A stretch of 62,836 nt of DNA, the filler included, from Asterionella formosa (lineage: Eukaryota): assembly GCA_002256025.1 (NCBI GenBank). It is 24 parts of 24 records of this genome, joined end to end, with 100 filler letters (N's around TTAATTAATTAA, not from the genome) between each part and the next. Parts side by side here need not be neighbours in the genome. Positions count along the whole stretch, not along the records: positions 29,053 to 47,026 come from NKIB01004207.1; 23 more parts are not named here. One strand, written 5' to 3'. Below are positions 35,611-46,729 of the stretch, piece by piece. Each line of letters begins with the position of its first letter. Position 1 is the stretch's first letter. The notes under the pieces were generated by a model that had not been told where the DNA came from, did no database searches, and was given only the letters and a program-made list of their open reading frames with translations. The translations under genes were made by a program, and so were the position numbers.

Positions 35611-37558
35611 CCCCCTGCGTCAAAGATTTCTTAGTGTCACCATACAAGGCCGATGCTATATGCGTAGAAGCCATGTTAGAGTCTGAGTTAGCCCAGCTTA
35701 AAATGCTTGGCTGCCAATTAATGAGCTCTTGCTCTTCTTGATGGTGTGGATTCACAAGGAGCTGCGAGGTAGTAAATGAAACTCTTCGTGCTCGCTGATT
35801 TTGAGGAGGTGCTTGATTATTTTGCTCGATGCTTGCTGAGAATGGCAGTTGATTTGTCAAGGATTTTCGGTATGATGACGTCTGGGTTGAACTTATTGCA
35901 GTCGATGAAACTGCATGGCGAAGGGCTGCCTCACTGGACTGATTCTCATAGTGGTGATGGTTTAATTGTAGAGATGAATTGGTCAAATGCGAGGGACGAA
36001 CCAGTGAACTCAAAGTGTCACTTTTACTTATCGCTCGAATCGATCTCGTGGAGGGCAGCAATTTGGAAGTTGCCGAAAGAGGATCACCCTTGCGACGGCA
36101 AGGATTGGGCAGGGAAGAACCAGCCCTTTGACCTTCTTGGGAGCTACAGAGTATTGGCGGAAGTGGAACAGGGATCTTGCCATCAAGCCAATCCCGTGTC
36201 GAATTCCTGCGACTCATGGGCCTATTTGAGAAATTTAGCGACGATGGTCCCACATCCCGCTGTTGCATGCCGGTGGAATGCATCGACACTGTTCGGCATC
36301 GTGACAAGGGCATATTGGATGGGCGTTCCTCGCAGGCACCAGGTTTCTGATCCAAAACGTTCACTCTTCGTTGACTACAGATCTTGGGAGGCAAGATCCC
36401 AGAGAAACGTTTCAAGCTGATGACTTCTGCATGAAGGATACCTTGCATGTCCAGCATAGTTGGACGAGAAGAAGCGTCATGGCTCCATCCACGAGTGATG
36501 ATAGCCTTCAAGCGATTTGACCATTCCTCTTCCAAAATTGGACGTTCTTTGCTGACAACAATCCGTTGTACATAATCTTCACGATGATGGATACCAGGGT
36601 AAATAGATTTACGTAATGTGCATAGTTGCCAGAGTAGGATCGTGAAAGAAAATACATCAGCCTTTGTGTTATACGGTCGTGCAATGGCGACCTCGGGGGC
36701 TTGAAAGCATTGCTTTCCCTTGGAACCAGACAGGTGATAGTTGATCCCATCTTCGCTCATATTTGATTCATCTAACTCTCTTGCTTCTTGAAACCCAATC
36801 AGTTTGACTACATCATTCTCATCGAAGCGTATGTTTGTAGGATTGATGTCCCGAAAGACTATGTTGTTGGAATGAAGATAGGAAAGCGCAGAGGCAATAT
36901 TGACCGCAACTTTGAGACGTTCAGATAGCCTCCGGGCTTTTCGCTTGTCGCCACCCTTCCCTTGCAATAGGTTTGCATTGTCGACCTCCCGCCAAAATCT
37001 CATCTGATCTTGAAGTGTACCATACAATCGATCAATGCAGATAAAATAGCCCTTGCCGCTTAGAAAACCATGCGGGCCCTCGTTTGAAACCCCGAGAAGC
37101 CGAACAATATTTGGATGATGCAACGAGCTCAGGAGGTTCATTTCAAGAACAAGGCCAGCAGCAGCTCTACAGCACTGATTGGGGTCAAGATCCGTCCGTA
37201 AGAACTTAATAGCAACCTTTCTGCCGGTGCCGTTTAGAAATTGCAAAAGGCGGTTGCGCTTTAGGTTTTGCTCGACACTGTCAGCCACTTGTAGATCCAA
37301 ATCTAGGCCTTTGACATGGGCGACATGGTAAAAAGAACCGCTGCCCAAAAGGTCTCCTATTGTAATTTCGTTGCAGTCCAAAATAGCAACCGGTTGTGCC
37401 TTTTCTCTATTGACAATGTTGCTGTGTCTACTCATTTCAGAATGCAAGCGACTGGCAGCATGGAAGGCACGTCTGCGCTGGTCCTGGGAAAGAGATAGTG
37501 CGGGACTGATGGGCTTACTGGTGGAGAGAGCATCGTTCGAAGCCTTTGTAATATCCAT
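35611..37558 (-). CDS. TKL-like protein kinase-fold protein, probable pseudokinase, with long Ser-rich tail; 3' end in gap
   Basis: LGSGSF, VAIK, HPNIVRL, FRDINPTN, APE and ADVFSF motifs present, but the DFG position reads GFQ. Confidence 0.8.
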
Positions 37559-39786
37559 GGCTCGACTCCAGGTCCTTCGTTTGACGATGTGGTTGGTACT
37601 AGACTACCAGGAGGATCAAGTTGACTATCAAGCGTGGGAGAAGGAGTGCGTCCAAGACCACAAAGGCGCTCCGCGAGTGGCTTTTTTATTGAGGACTCGA
37701 TGCTCCTCGGATTTAGGTTAATAAAATTACCGGTAATTACTTCTGCAAGTCATTTGCACTCCATGAAGCATAATGTTAGACAAAAATGTAGTCTCATATA
37801 GTGTGTGTAATAAATATTGTAGGCATCGGTTTTCCTTGTGAGGGGCTTGGGTGAGAAACAAGCAAACGCTGAACAACAACAAAACAAGATTGGAAATGTC
37901 AGAACACGATCACCGCGATGTCGTGCGGATCGTGCATAATAATAGATTTTTTCTTTTGTCATGTGATATTTATATGATTTATACAAATATATTTCTCTCT
38001 ACATACCCGGTAGGCTTCTATTATTTATTATTTCATGCATTTCGATGCGTCATATTATTCCAGCAAGATTGCGATACAACAATAAATTGAACTACCGGTA
38101 GATGAAATATTTAGCTTTGTTTTGCCGATTGAAAGAAATGCCACCTTTGTTTAGCTCAACTTCCACAGGACATCATTACTTATTGATGCACCTACCGTCT
38201 GTGAAACTTGTCGTACAACGGTCATCAACAAACAACAACCAACCACCTGTTACACTACCGGTACTTCATCAGGTAGAATACTACCTGGTATTCCGAGTAT
38301 CTGGTACCGGTACTCCACCAGGTACTAGGGTTCCCTGGTACCTGGTACCATGTGACCTGGTGCGGCAATCAGAAGTCTATTGATACCAGCAGAGACATAG
38401 GACATATTCGCATTGTTGTTGAGTGAGGAGCCCCATGAAAGTCACCAATTTCCAAAGCAAAGATTTTGAAAATAAATAACGGTATGTCAATAGAACGGAT
38501 ATATACCGGGTATTCTGATACATGAAAAGAAACATAGCTTCTTGTTCCTCGACCATTTTGAATAGGTAGATTGTATGTAGTCCTCATCACTTATTTAAGC
38601 CATGGATGTCTGAGAATTCATTTGGATACACCGCAGTAATGGATGCCTTGGTTTTTAGCAGTGTTGACAACAGCAAGAATTGGATGTGCATTTGATTGTT
38701 GCCCCACTAAAATATGGTGATTGCCCCATTTTTCGAACATCATAAATACTAAAAGCAAAATGTAGTCAACATTTGACCACGACCTCCTGGATGAAATTTG
38801 TTGCATGATATTGCCCAGCAACAAGTAGCAAGTGGTGCCTGTCATGTCCGGCTGGGTCAGTAGCAGCCAATACTGTAAAATCATTCCTGAAAATTGCAAA
38901 ACTAAACCAAATGCAAAAATGAGTATAACATTTGGTAGCTGTATCATGTGATATCTTAGAAATGATGTGGATCATCAAGACTATACTTTGGTGCTGGGTG
39001 TCCAAATTTGGTCTCCATAATTAAAATTTTTGGGATTGTCATATTTGACCAAAAATGTACTGCCATCGATTAAAACTCATTACAGAAATTATCTAGAGGA
39101 GGCCTGCATATCTGCATGAATTTAAAAATGTATAGGAAAGTATCAAAATGAGTCATTTGGTAGAACATGAATGCTGATAACATAGAAGATTCAAAAACAA
39201 TGCATTTCATAAGTGGAGATGCGCTTAAATATGAATAAATTACAATGTCCTAGCACATGCACTAGCTATTGACGAACTTGACATTTGTAAAGGTTGAAAA
39301 GTCACAGTTTGGCCCGGAAGGTCTAGGGTGGACTTGTTGTTGGTTGTTGGTTGTTGGTTTCACCCATTGGACTCAGTACTAGTACTTAATTCAGGCAGGT
39401 GGAAAGTGTCAAATGAGGTTGGCTCCTAACCAACTACTAGATGCCACTATAGATTTTCCTCAAGTAAATGACAATGGGCATATTATTATTGTGTACACAA
39501 GTGTGAAATACTCACATCTGGGATTAGTCTAGAAAATGGGGCCACGGATTGGAAACATGATCAAATGAATCTACATCGAATCTTGCTCCTATTTTACATA
39601 TCACTACAATATTTGCCCATCCCTCATCTGTTAAAAATGTATGATTTGTATGAATATTTTTACCGTTCTATTGCATCAAATGTATGCGGGTGTGTGTGCG
39701 TCGCCTGAAATTTTACCTGTTGTATCTGCACCAGCATACCTGGTATCCTGGTATGTGATTTATCAACAGGAGGGCATTATTGTTCA

Positions 39787-41749
39787 AGGGCCGTTCTTAT
39801 TATTTTTCATCATTTTTCACTTAATTTCAAAATATTTGAAAATGTATCAGCAACGGTAACCCGATTTGAACTGAATTTCATCCATTCCAAACATGAAATT
39901 GTCCCTCTTTTTTGTATCACAATGTATCATGGTGTAACATGGATTGTTAGCGGCGACAGGCCTGCCCTATGCTACTTGGATGATCAAGGCCAAGTGTGTT
40001 CAGGCTTTATAGAAAGAGTGATCAAATTGTAGTTAAACTATATTTGCTTGTTGCTTGTCTTGAGCTAGCTACCGGTAGTCTTGCAAAGGTGATGCCATAT
40101 GTTGGTGGTGAACCCTCCTAGTCATTTAGCTCATGAATGTCCATGTGTAAGACATTGGAGATGATGAGTTATTATAGCCTCATGTCGGGATTAATCCCAA
40201 CTTTGAGATTACTTATGGGTTACTAGTTACTAGAGCATAAATCTTGGTTTGGCCTAGATGACCCATTGTATGAGACCCTACGTCGAGATCAGACATTGTA
40301 GTAAGTGGTCTGAAGAGGTAGCTAATGCCTCTCAGTAGGCTAACTGTTAGTCCTGGATGTCTAAACTGAATCATGACTCTAGATTAGTGTATATTGTTGC
40401 ACTGTCTTAACATGTCAGATCCATCGAGTTATTTGGTATCTACATTAGTAGAGCTCCTGGATATAGTTGATTTTGCTATATAGTTTTGGTTAATTACAGC
40501 TATTTACATGGTCTGATGTATAGGTAATAAATACTATGCACCATAGGTCAAGCAAGGCCAGTGACGAACATCTAAATATAACTGAGAATTCATATGCATA
40601 TGCGTAGCCGAAATGAAAATAACCGGATTATAATAACAAATATATCATGTGATGGAGCCTTTGTATACATACAACTGGTAAGATGTTTTCATCAATGCAT
40701 TGGCCATGTTGATAATAGGTGTCTGCAAGCATTCTTCATGTTACTCGCATATGCCTGATCAGTTACTGAAATAGTGTTGTCGAAGCCCCGAGAATCTGTC
40801 AACAACTTAATGTTGAACCAGGCTTTGTTTGAAGTAAAATCAAAGGATTGTGCTTCTCCACTCTGAATAAATCTTGCCATTCAATAAAATCCAATTGCAC
40901 CAATAGCACACTCATTGACATTACAATGTTGAATACAACGTCCATAAAGAGTCTATCACCCATTTGTTTTTCCAGTAGCAATGCGCATCACATGAATTAA
41001 AACATCCTCTAGACTATTTTTATCCTTGTGTAACAAGGAACAACGATTGCTAAGTTCGCTCAGTTTGCACTTAAAGAGTGATTCGCCTCTTAAGATCCCA
41101 TTTGTTGTCATCAAAAGACAATATCAATCACGTAAAGATACCACTGAATAAATGGATGATAACGAATTTTTTGAAAGAAAAAATCTTCAAGTCTTGGGAT
41201 ATCTTGAGCAGCAGTGTATGGCGTGAATTCACTTTTCAATTTTTCATCAAAATTGCTTTTCGCAATTTGCATCTTTCTCATTTTTACTGTTTTTCATCAA
41301 TCTTTTGACACGGCCAGACATAAATACTTTCTTGGGTATGTTGTTGCATCCTCCATCCCGTTGCTGTGCATGCAAATCTAGGATGGCTGATCGATATTGA
41401 TTAAGTACACTATATCCAATTGGCTTGCCTGAAATCCAATCAGGGTTGGAAATTACAGATTCATAATCATCCAAAATTGTTCTTCCACAGGTTTACGTTG
41501 ACCTTGTCGTCCTCTGGGTCGCTGATGACATCTTGATTGATACCATAGAAAGCCAAAGAACTTGTCTTCTGTCACTGTTGTAGATGGCTGGGATACCATC
41601 CACCTCGGACGGAAAGGCATAACGAGAAAAATCAAGGAATTCTGCCATTTTCTTCTACAGGCAAGAATGGTGCTTTCTGGATGACCATCCTTATCGTCTG
41701 CTGCAACCTGTTTTGCTTGAGCTGCGAATTTTCCACTTGTGTATGACAT
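39787..41749 (-). mobile_element. Decayed Crypton-like (NDC10/CBF3a-type tyrosine recombinase) element with a TIR-like left end
   Basis: Minus-strand reading across stops and frameshifts: TEDKFFGFLWYQ, VLNQYRSAILDLH, LRD*YCLLMTTNGILRGESLFKCKLSEL, ATGKTNG**TLYGRCIQH..V.ECAIGAIGFY*MARF, FDFTSNKAWFNIKLL. Left end agggccgttcttat at 39787 matches the TIR of 2441-3435. Confidence 0.82.
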
Positions 41750-43788
41750 GCTTAAATTGGAATAAATGATTTTGGTAATTTGGGAGGAGGTTGTATTGAT
41801 TATGTGGTAACGAATTCAATTCAAATGAAGAAGGGATGAGACAGGCAAAGAAGAACAAGAGTTTGGTTTTGGTTGTAACAAGGTGATGATAACAGCGAAA
41901 TTACAAACATTCATGATGATCACTGAGTGTGTAAACGGTGCTACTTGATTGCTAGTGCACTAGCTGTCACTATGTACGGGTATAATTTTCTGTCCAACGA
42001 CAAAATATACCGGGACCAGATAGCTATAACTATATACTCCACNNNNNNNNNNNNNNNNNNNNNNNNNNNNNNNNNNNNNNNNNNNNNNNNNNNNNNNNNN
42101 NNNNNNNNNNNNNNNNNNNNNNNNNNNNNNNNNNNNNNNNNNNNNNNNNNNNNNNNNNNNNNNNNNNNNNNNNNNNNNNNNNNNNNNNNNNNNNNNNNNN
42201 NNNNNNNNNNNNNNNNNNNNNNNNNNNNNNNNNNNNNNNNNNNNNNNNNNNNNNNNNNNNNNNNNNNNNNNNNNNNNNNNNNNNNNNNNNNNNNNNNNNN
42301 NNNNNNNNNNNNNNNNNNNNNNNNNNNNNNNNNNNNNNNNNNNNNNNNNNNNNNNNNNNNNNNNNNNNNNNNNNNNNNNNNNNNNNNNNNNNNNNNNNNN
42401 NNNNNNNNNNNNNNNNNNNNNNNNNNNNNNNNNNNNNNNNNNNNNNNNNNNNNNNNNNNNNNNNNNNNNNNNNNNNNNNNNNNNNNNNNNNNNNNNNNNN
42501 NNNNNNNNNNNNNNNNNNNNNNNNNNNNNNNNNNNNNNNNNNNNNNNNNNNNNNNNNNNNNNNNNNNNNNNNNNNNNNNNNNNNNNNNNNNNNNNNNNNN
42601 NNNNNNNNNNNNNNNNNNNNNNNNNNNNNNNNNNNNNNNNNNNNNNNNNNNNNNNNNNNNNNNNNNNNNNNNNNNNNNNNNNNNNNNNNNNNNNNNNNNN
42701 NNNNNNNNNNNNNNNNNNNNNNNNNNNNNNNNNNNNNNNNNNNNNNNNNNNNNNNNNNNNNNNNNNNNNNNNNNNNNNNNNNNNNNNNNNNNNNNNNNNN
42801 NNNNNNNNNNNNNNNNNNNNNNNNNNNNNNNNNNNNNNNNNNNNNNNNNNNNNNNNNNNNNNNNNNNNNNNNNNNNNNNNNNNNNNNNNNNNNNNNNNNN
42901 NNNNNNNNNNNNNNNNNNNNNNNNNNNNNNNNNNNNNNNNNNNNNNNNNNNNNNNNNNNNNNNNNNNNNNNNNNNNNNNNNNNNNNNNNNNNNNNNNNNN
43001 NNNNNNNNNNNNNNNNCATAGAATTGTACGGTAGTAGCCCGCTAAAATTGTTATGACTTTTTCATTTTTGTGCTTGCAGTTTGTTGTTCGGCTGCTGCCG
43101 GCAAGTCATTTTTTCATTTCTATCATCGTCCTGCTGGTTGATTATAAATGCTTCCTAATCCAACCCCCTGTGAGTGCGACCTGTCGCTGCTTCATCTCTC
43201 TTCTCCACGTCGTTTCTGAGATTGCTTGATTTATTCGTACACCTCGTTATCGTCTTATCTCGAGCCTTGAAGAATCAATGTCACGTTCAACGCTTCGAGG
43301 ATCGACGAAATTCCAAATCTTGAATTCCTTGTTTAGTATGTGATTCCATGTATGTGCAAGACCGCAAGAGTGAAGTTTTCGGCCAGGACCCAGGAAGCAA
43401 GACCACGTGCCAGCGTATTCTGGCCTAACCAAAGGAGAGGCACGACCAAGAATTTGCTGTCATGGAACGAATGCATTTTTCGATGGACGGGTCGTGGCAA
43501 TACACCGACACAAGACTTTTAGCCAGTAGATCACGGGCATGGAACAGGTCACGATATTCTGCAATCATCTTGTTAGGTAGTCTCATACATACATGCATTT
43601 ATTTATGTGACGGCATCGCTCGCTTCACTCGTTCACCCTTGTGCACAAATTATTGCATGCTGCTGGCCTCCAGCATGTTCCATTATCCTCCGTCACCACA
43701 ATGGCATTACAAAAACACCAGGGATGGATACAACCTGCTTCTCTCACCCCGTCTCCCTCGCTACCACAAACCATTTCTACGAAAGACA

Positions 43789-45438
43789 ATGCAAGAAGAT
43801 CGGTCGACAGAATTCGAATTGGGCAACGTCCTTGGCGAAGGATCCTTCGGGGTTGTCTACAAGGGCTGTCACCTGGCGTCGCAAGCCATTGTTGCCATTA
43901 AAATTATTCCCAAAATGACCAATGATGATGATGAATCTGACAAAATCAGGTCAGAAATTGATATTCTCAGCCGGTGCGATTCGCCGTACATTGTTGGATA
44001 TTTTGAATGCTTCAACAGAGCACCGACTCCCAAAAAACAAGGCGAAATGTGGATCGTTATGGAATATTGCGTCGGTGGGAGCATGTCAGATTTACTAGGT
44101 AGAGGAATCCCAGAAGAGTGCGTTAGGGCCATTGCGGCATCCATTGTGTTGGGACTAGAGTATCTGCATGGGGTAGCCAATGTCTGCCATCGCGACATCA
44201 AGTGCGGGAATGTGCTGCTGACTGAAGACGGGCATGTCAAATTGGCGGACTTTGGAGTTTCTGCTGAATTGACGAATACACTTAACAAGCGAAAGACTGT
44301 CGTAGGATCGCCTTTTTGGATGGCACCAGAAGTTATTCGAGAATCACACTATGATGGACGAGCAGATGTATGGTCGCTGGGAATTACAGTCATTGAAATG
44401 GCAGAAGGAGCACCACCTCATTCCAATTTAAATCCTCTCCGAGCTATTTTCGTCATTCCTACAAAACCTGCACCCACGTTGGCAGATCCTGATAGTTGGT
44501 CTCCTGAAATGCTGGACTTTGTTCGCTGCTGTTGCCAAAAGGATCCTGCTCAACGGCATGATTCGGCCTTACTTAGCGGTCATCCATTTGTTAAACAAGA
44601 AGTTCTGGCGCTCCGTCAAATGCACGAATCCGACAGCCCTTCTGGAAAAATGTCGTCAGCAGACAAATATTCACGAACTGCCGACATGTTACATAAAGAT
44701 CAACATGGTCTCCCGGCGTTATTAAGATTTATGCAACGAATGCGTCAAAATAGTAATGATGCTAATGATACCTTGGGCGCGGATCCTTCTGAGGAAATCT
44801 TTGGTGAATCTCCAGTGGCGGAAGTGGAGATTGTTTCGACTAGCGAAGTTGGAACAATTATAGCTTCCAGCAGACCTAGCGACTCCCGAGACGACGTTGA
44901 ACGAGGGACAGAGACGCCCCTTACTCCAAGTGGCTACTTCACCCCAGCGTCTGATCAATATCGCACACCCATGTTGGCTGACATTGATCCTTCCTTGGCT
45001 CACGACAAGATTTATCTTGATGAACTTGAAAAACTCAGTCACACCTTTGAAGCGCGCCTTTTGGCGCTACGAGCTGCGCATGAATTGGCAAATCAAGCAC
45101 TTATTGCAAACGCAAAGTTACGAAATGCAATGCCAATGGACGTGACGTCTTTGATGAACACCGCGGCTGAGAAGAATGCCACAGAAATTGAATCTCGAAA
45201 AGTGATGCTTGCCTCAAAGGACTGCTCATTTATGGAAGGAGTCTCAGTGCCTGATGTTTCTATACAACCTCCAACACCTGAGATTGAGTGTAGTACCAGC
45301 AACGCCGACAACGCGGAACTATCGTCATCGCCCCTATCGTCGCGCGAGTATGATGATCATTTGCTGGCTACAACATTTGAAAGTCCGACGAGGCGAGGTC
45401 AATCCAATTCCAGCGATGATGATTTTGCTGCGTTTTAG
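43789..45438 (+). CDS. STE20/MST (GCK-II/III-like) Ser/Thr protein kinase
   Basis: LGEGSFG, VAIK, WIVMEYC, HRDIKCGN, KLADFGVSAEL, KRKTVVGSPFWMAPEVI, NPLRAIFVIP; ATG at 43789 taken as the most plausible start. Confidence 0.92.
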   Translation: MQEDRSTEFELGNVLGEGSFGVVYKGCHLASQAIVAIKIIPKMTNDDDESDKIRSEIDILSRCDSPYIVGYFECFNRAPTPKKQGEMWIVMEYCVGGSMSDLLGRGIPEECVRAIAASIVLGLEYLHGVANVCHRDIKCGNVLLTEDGHVKLADFGVSAELTNTLNKRKTVVGSPFWMAPEVIRESHYDGRADVWSLGITVIEMAEGAPPHSNLNPLRAIFVIPTKPAPTLADPDSWSPEMLDFVRCCCQKDPAQRHDSALLSGHPFVKQEVLALRQMHESDSPSGKMSSADKYSRTADMLHKDQHGLPALLRFMQRMRQNSNDANDTLGADPSEEIFGESPVAEVEIVSTSEVGTIIASSRPSDSRDDVERGTETPLTPSGYFTPASDQYRTPMLADIDPSLAHDKIYLDELEKLSHTFEARLLALRAAHELANQALIANAKLRNAMPMDVTSLMNTAAEKNATEIESRKVMLASKDCSFMEGVSVPDVSIQPPTPEIECSTSNADNAELSSSPLSSREYDDHLLATTFESPTRRGQSNSSDDDFAAF

Positions 45439-45770
45439 TTGATTCGCTCTCGTTTTGCCTTTCACGGTCGACTTTTTATTCTAACTGGGAAACGTTATTC
45501 TCTGTGTTCAGTATGTTAATTAGTAGAGACAAAGTTGTGATGCATTTCTTGGGCATGTGGTAATGCACAATACATTGTGCTATTTGGGAGTAGAGCGTGA
45601 CTGCGGCAAATAGCGCTTAGAGTTTTTCTACAGCAGCAGTAGCTGAGTGAAAGGTTCAGTCGAAGCACTCGTGAGTAGTTAAGGAAAGGTAGACTATTGG
45701 CTAGGTGGGGATCGAAAAAGTAACAAAATCTGTAGAAACTGACCATGATACATCAGTTTGGAGAAGTAGA

Positions 45771-45795
45771 TACTATACTATACTATACTACGCTA
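45771..45795. repeat. (TACTA)n microsatellite between convergent gene ends
   Basis: tactatactatactatacta. Confidence 0.7.
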
Positions 45796-45829
45796 TGATT
45801 CTCCACACTCTATAACGTAAAGTGTTTTT

Positions 45830-46729
45830 CTATTCCATGTCCAAATCAAACACTTCTTCCGTGTCTGAGTTGTCATACCAAGATGCTTCATCATGTTCTC
45901 GACTTTCCAAGGAGCGGACAGGAGAGGACAAAAAATTGATTGGAGTTCCGGTTCTACCCATGGTTGCATTTGGTATTGTTGGATCAGGTGTCGCTCGATT
46001 CATCAAGTCTCCTCTTGCTAGCAATTCCAGTCCCGTGAGCGAGGTGCTCAACATATTACATGCGACTTCGTCAGGTCGATAGTCATGTATCGTTGGTTTC
46101 ATGATGGGAACAAACCCGCCAGTGGTGGCATTGCTTCGATGTTCGGTGGCATCATCCTTCATCATGTCTCCCAGCATGCTTTTTTTCTCCGGCGTCGCGG
46201 CGCTGCTAGGTACAGCGGATTGCATTCGTTCCCCAGGGGTTTGCAATGAGGTCTGAATCCCAGCTGCCGTGGAAATAGTAGTAGTCATGGTCGACGCCAG
46301 CAAGGAAGAGGGCCCCGTAAATCGCCTAATTTCCCCAGATCCTCGATCTCTAAAGCTTGATGGTCCATCTAAAAATCTGCCTTCCAAATGTGATTCTCGT
46401 AAGGACCCGTACGATATAGGCGCATCCGCCTGGGAGGAACTCAAGCGGAAGGGTGGCACTGCGCCCGTGGCGGCCAAGGACGGCGGTCGACTGTAGGATA
46501 GCTTTGGTGCGGCTGGCATGCTGGAAGAAATGGTGCGATTGGTGTGCTTGGTGACAAAACCTCGTGGTTTGGTAGGTACGGACCCCACCATGGTCGTGAG
46601 GCGCAGGGCATCCTCCAAGTCAGTCAGCAATTCTCCTTCGTCGTCGCTGTCCAATTCACGAGGGGTGGCACTGCCTCGTCGTCGAATTGCTATTGGTGCA
46701 CTGCGATGTTGCGGAGAACTATGAGACAT
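45830..46729 (-). CDS. Hypothetical intrinsically disordered Ser/Thr/Pro-rich protein ending in a TOS-like motif (FDLDM)
   Basis: ~300-codon open frame with host-like codon usage; C-terminus EEVFDLDME; no recognisable folded domain. Confidence 0.65.
   Translation of the reverse strand: MSHSSPQHRSAPIAIRRRGSATPRELDSDDEGELLTDLEDALRLTTMVGSVPTKPRGFVTKHTNRTISSSMPAAPKLSYSRPPSLAATGAVPPFRLSSSQADAPISYGSLRESHLEGRFLDGPSSFRDRGSGEIRRFTGPSSLLASTMTTTISTAAGIQTSLQTPGERMQSAVPSSAATPEKKSMLGDMMKDDATEHRSNATTGGFVPIMKPTIHDYRPDEVACNMLSTSLTGLELLARGDLMNRATPDPTIPNATMGRTGTPINFLSSPVRSLESREHDEASWYDNSDTEEVFDLDME

Noticed and set aside
33524..37558. Very long ORFs (720 aa and 1095 aa) suggesting CYP51 or kinase fusions
   Set aside because: They read through the 34689-35610 N gap; CYP51 (+) and the kinase (-) are separate convergent genes.
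38369..39300. Broken minus-strand ORFs upstream of the YR element
   Set aside because: No identifiable domain; may be another decayed TE but evidence is insufficient.
43462..43788. N-terminal extension of the STE20 kinase ORF
   Set aside because: Composition looks like UTR or intron read-through; the kinase domain starts right after the ATG at 43789.
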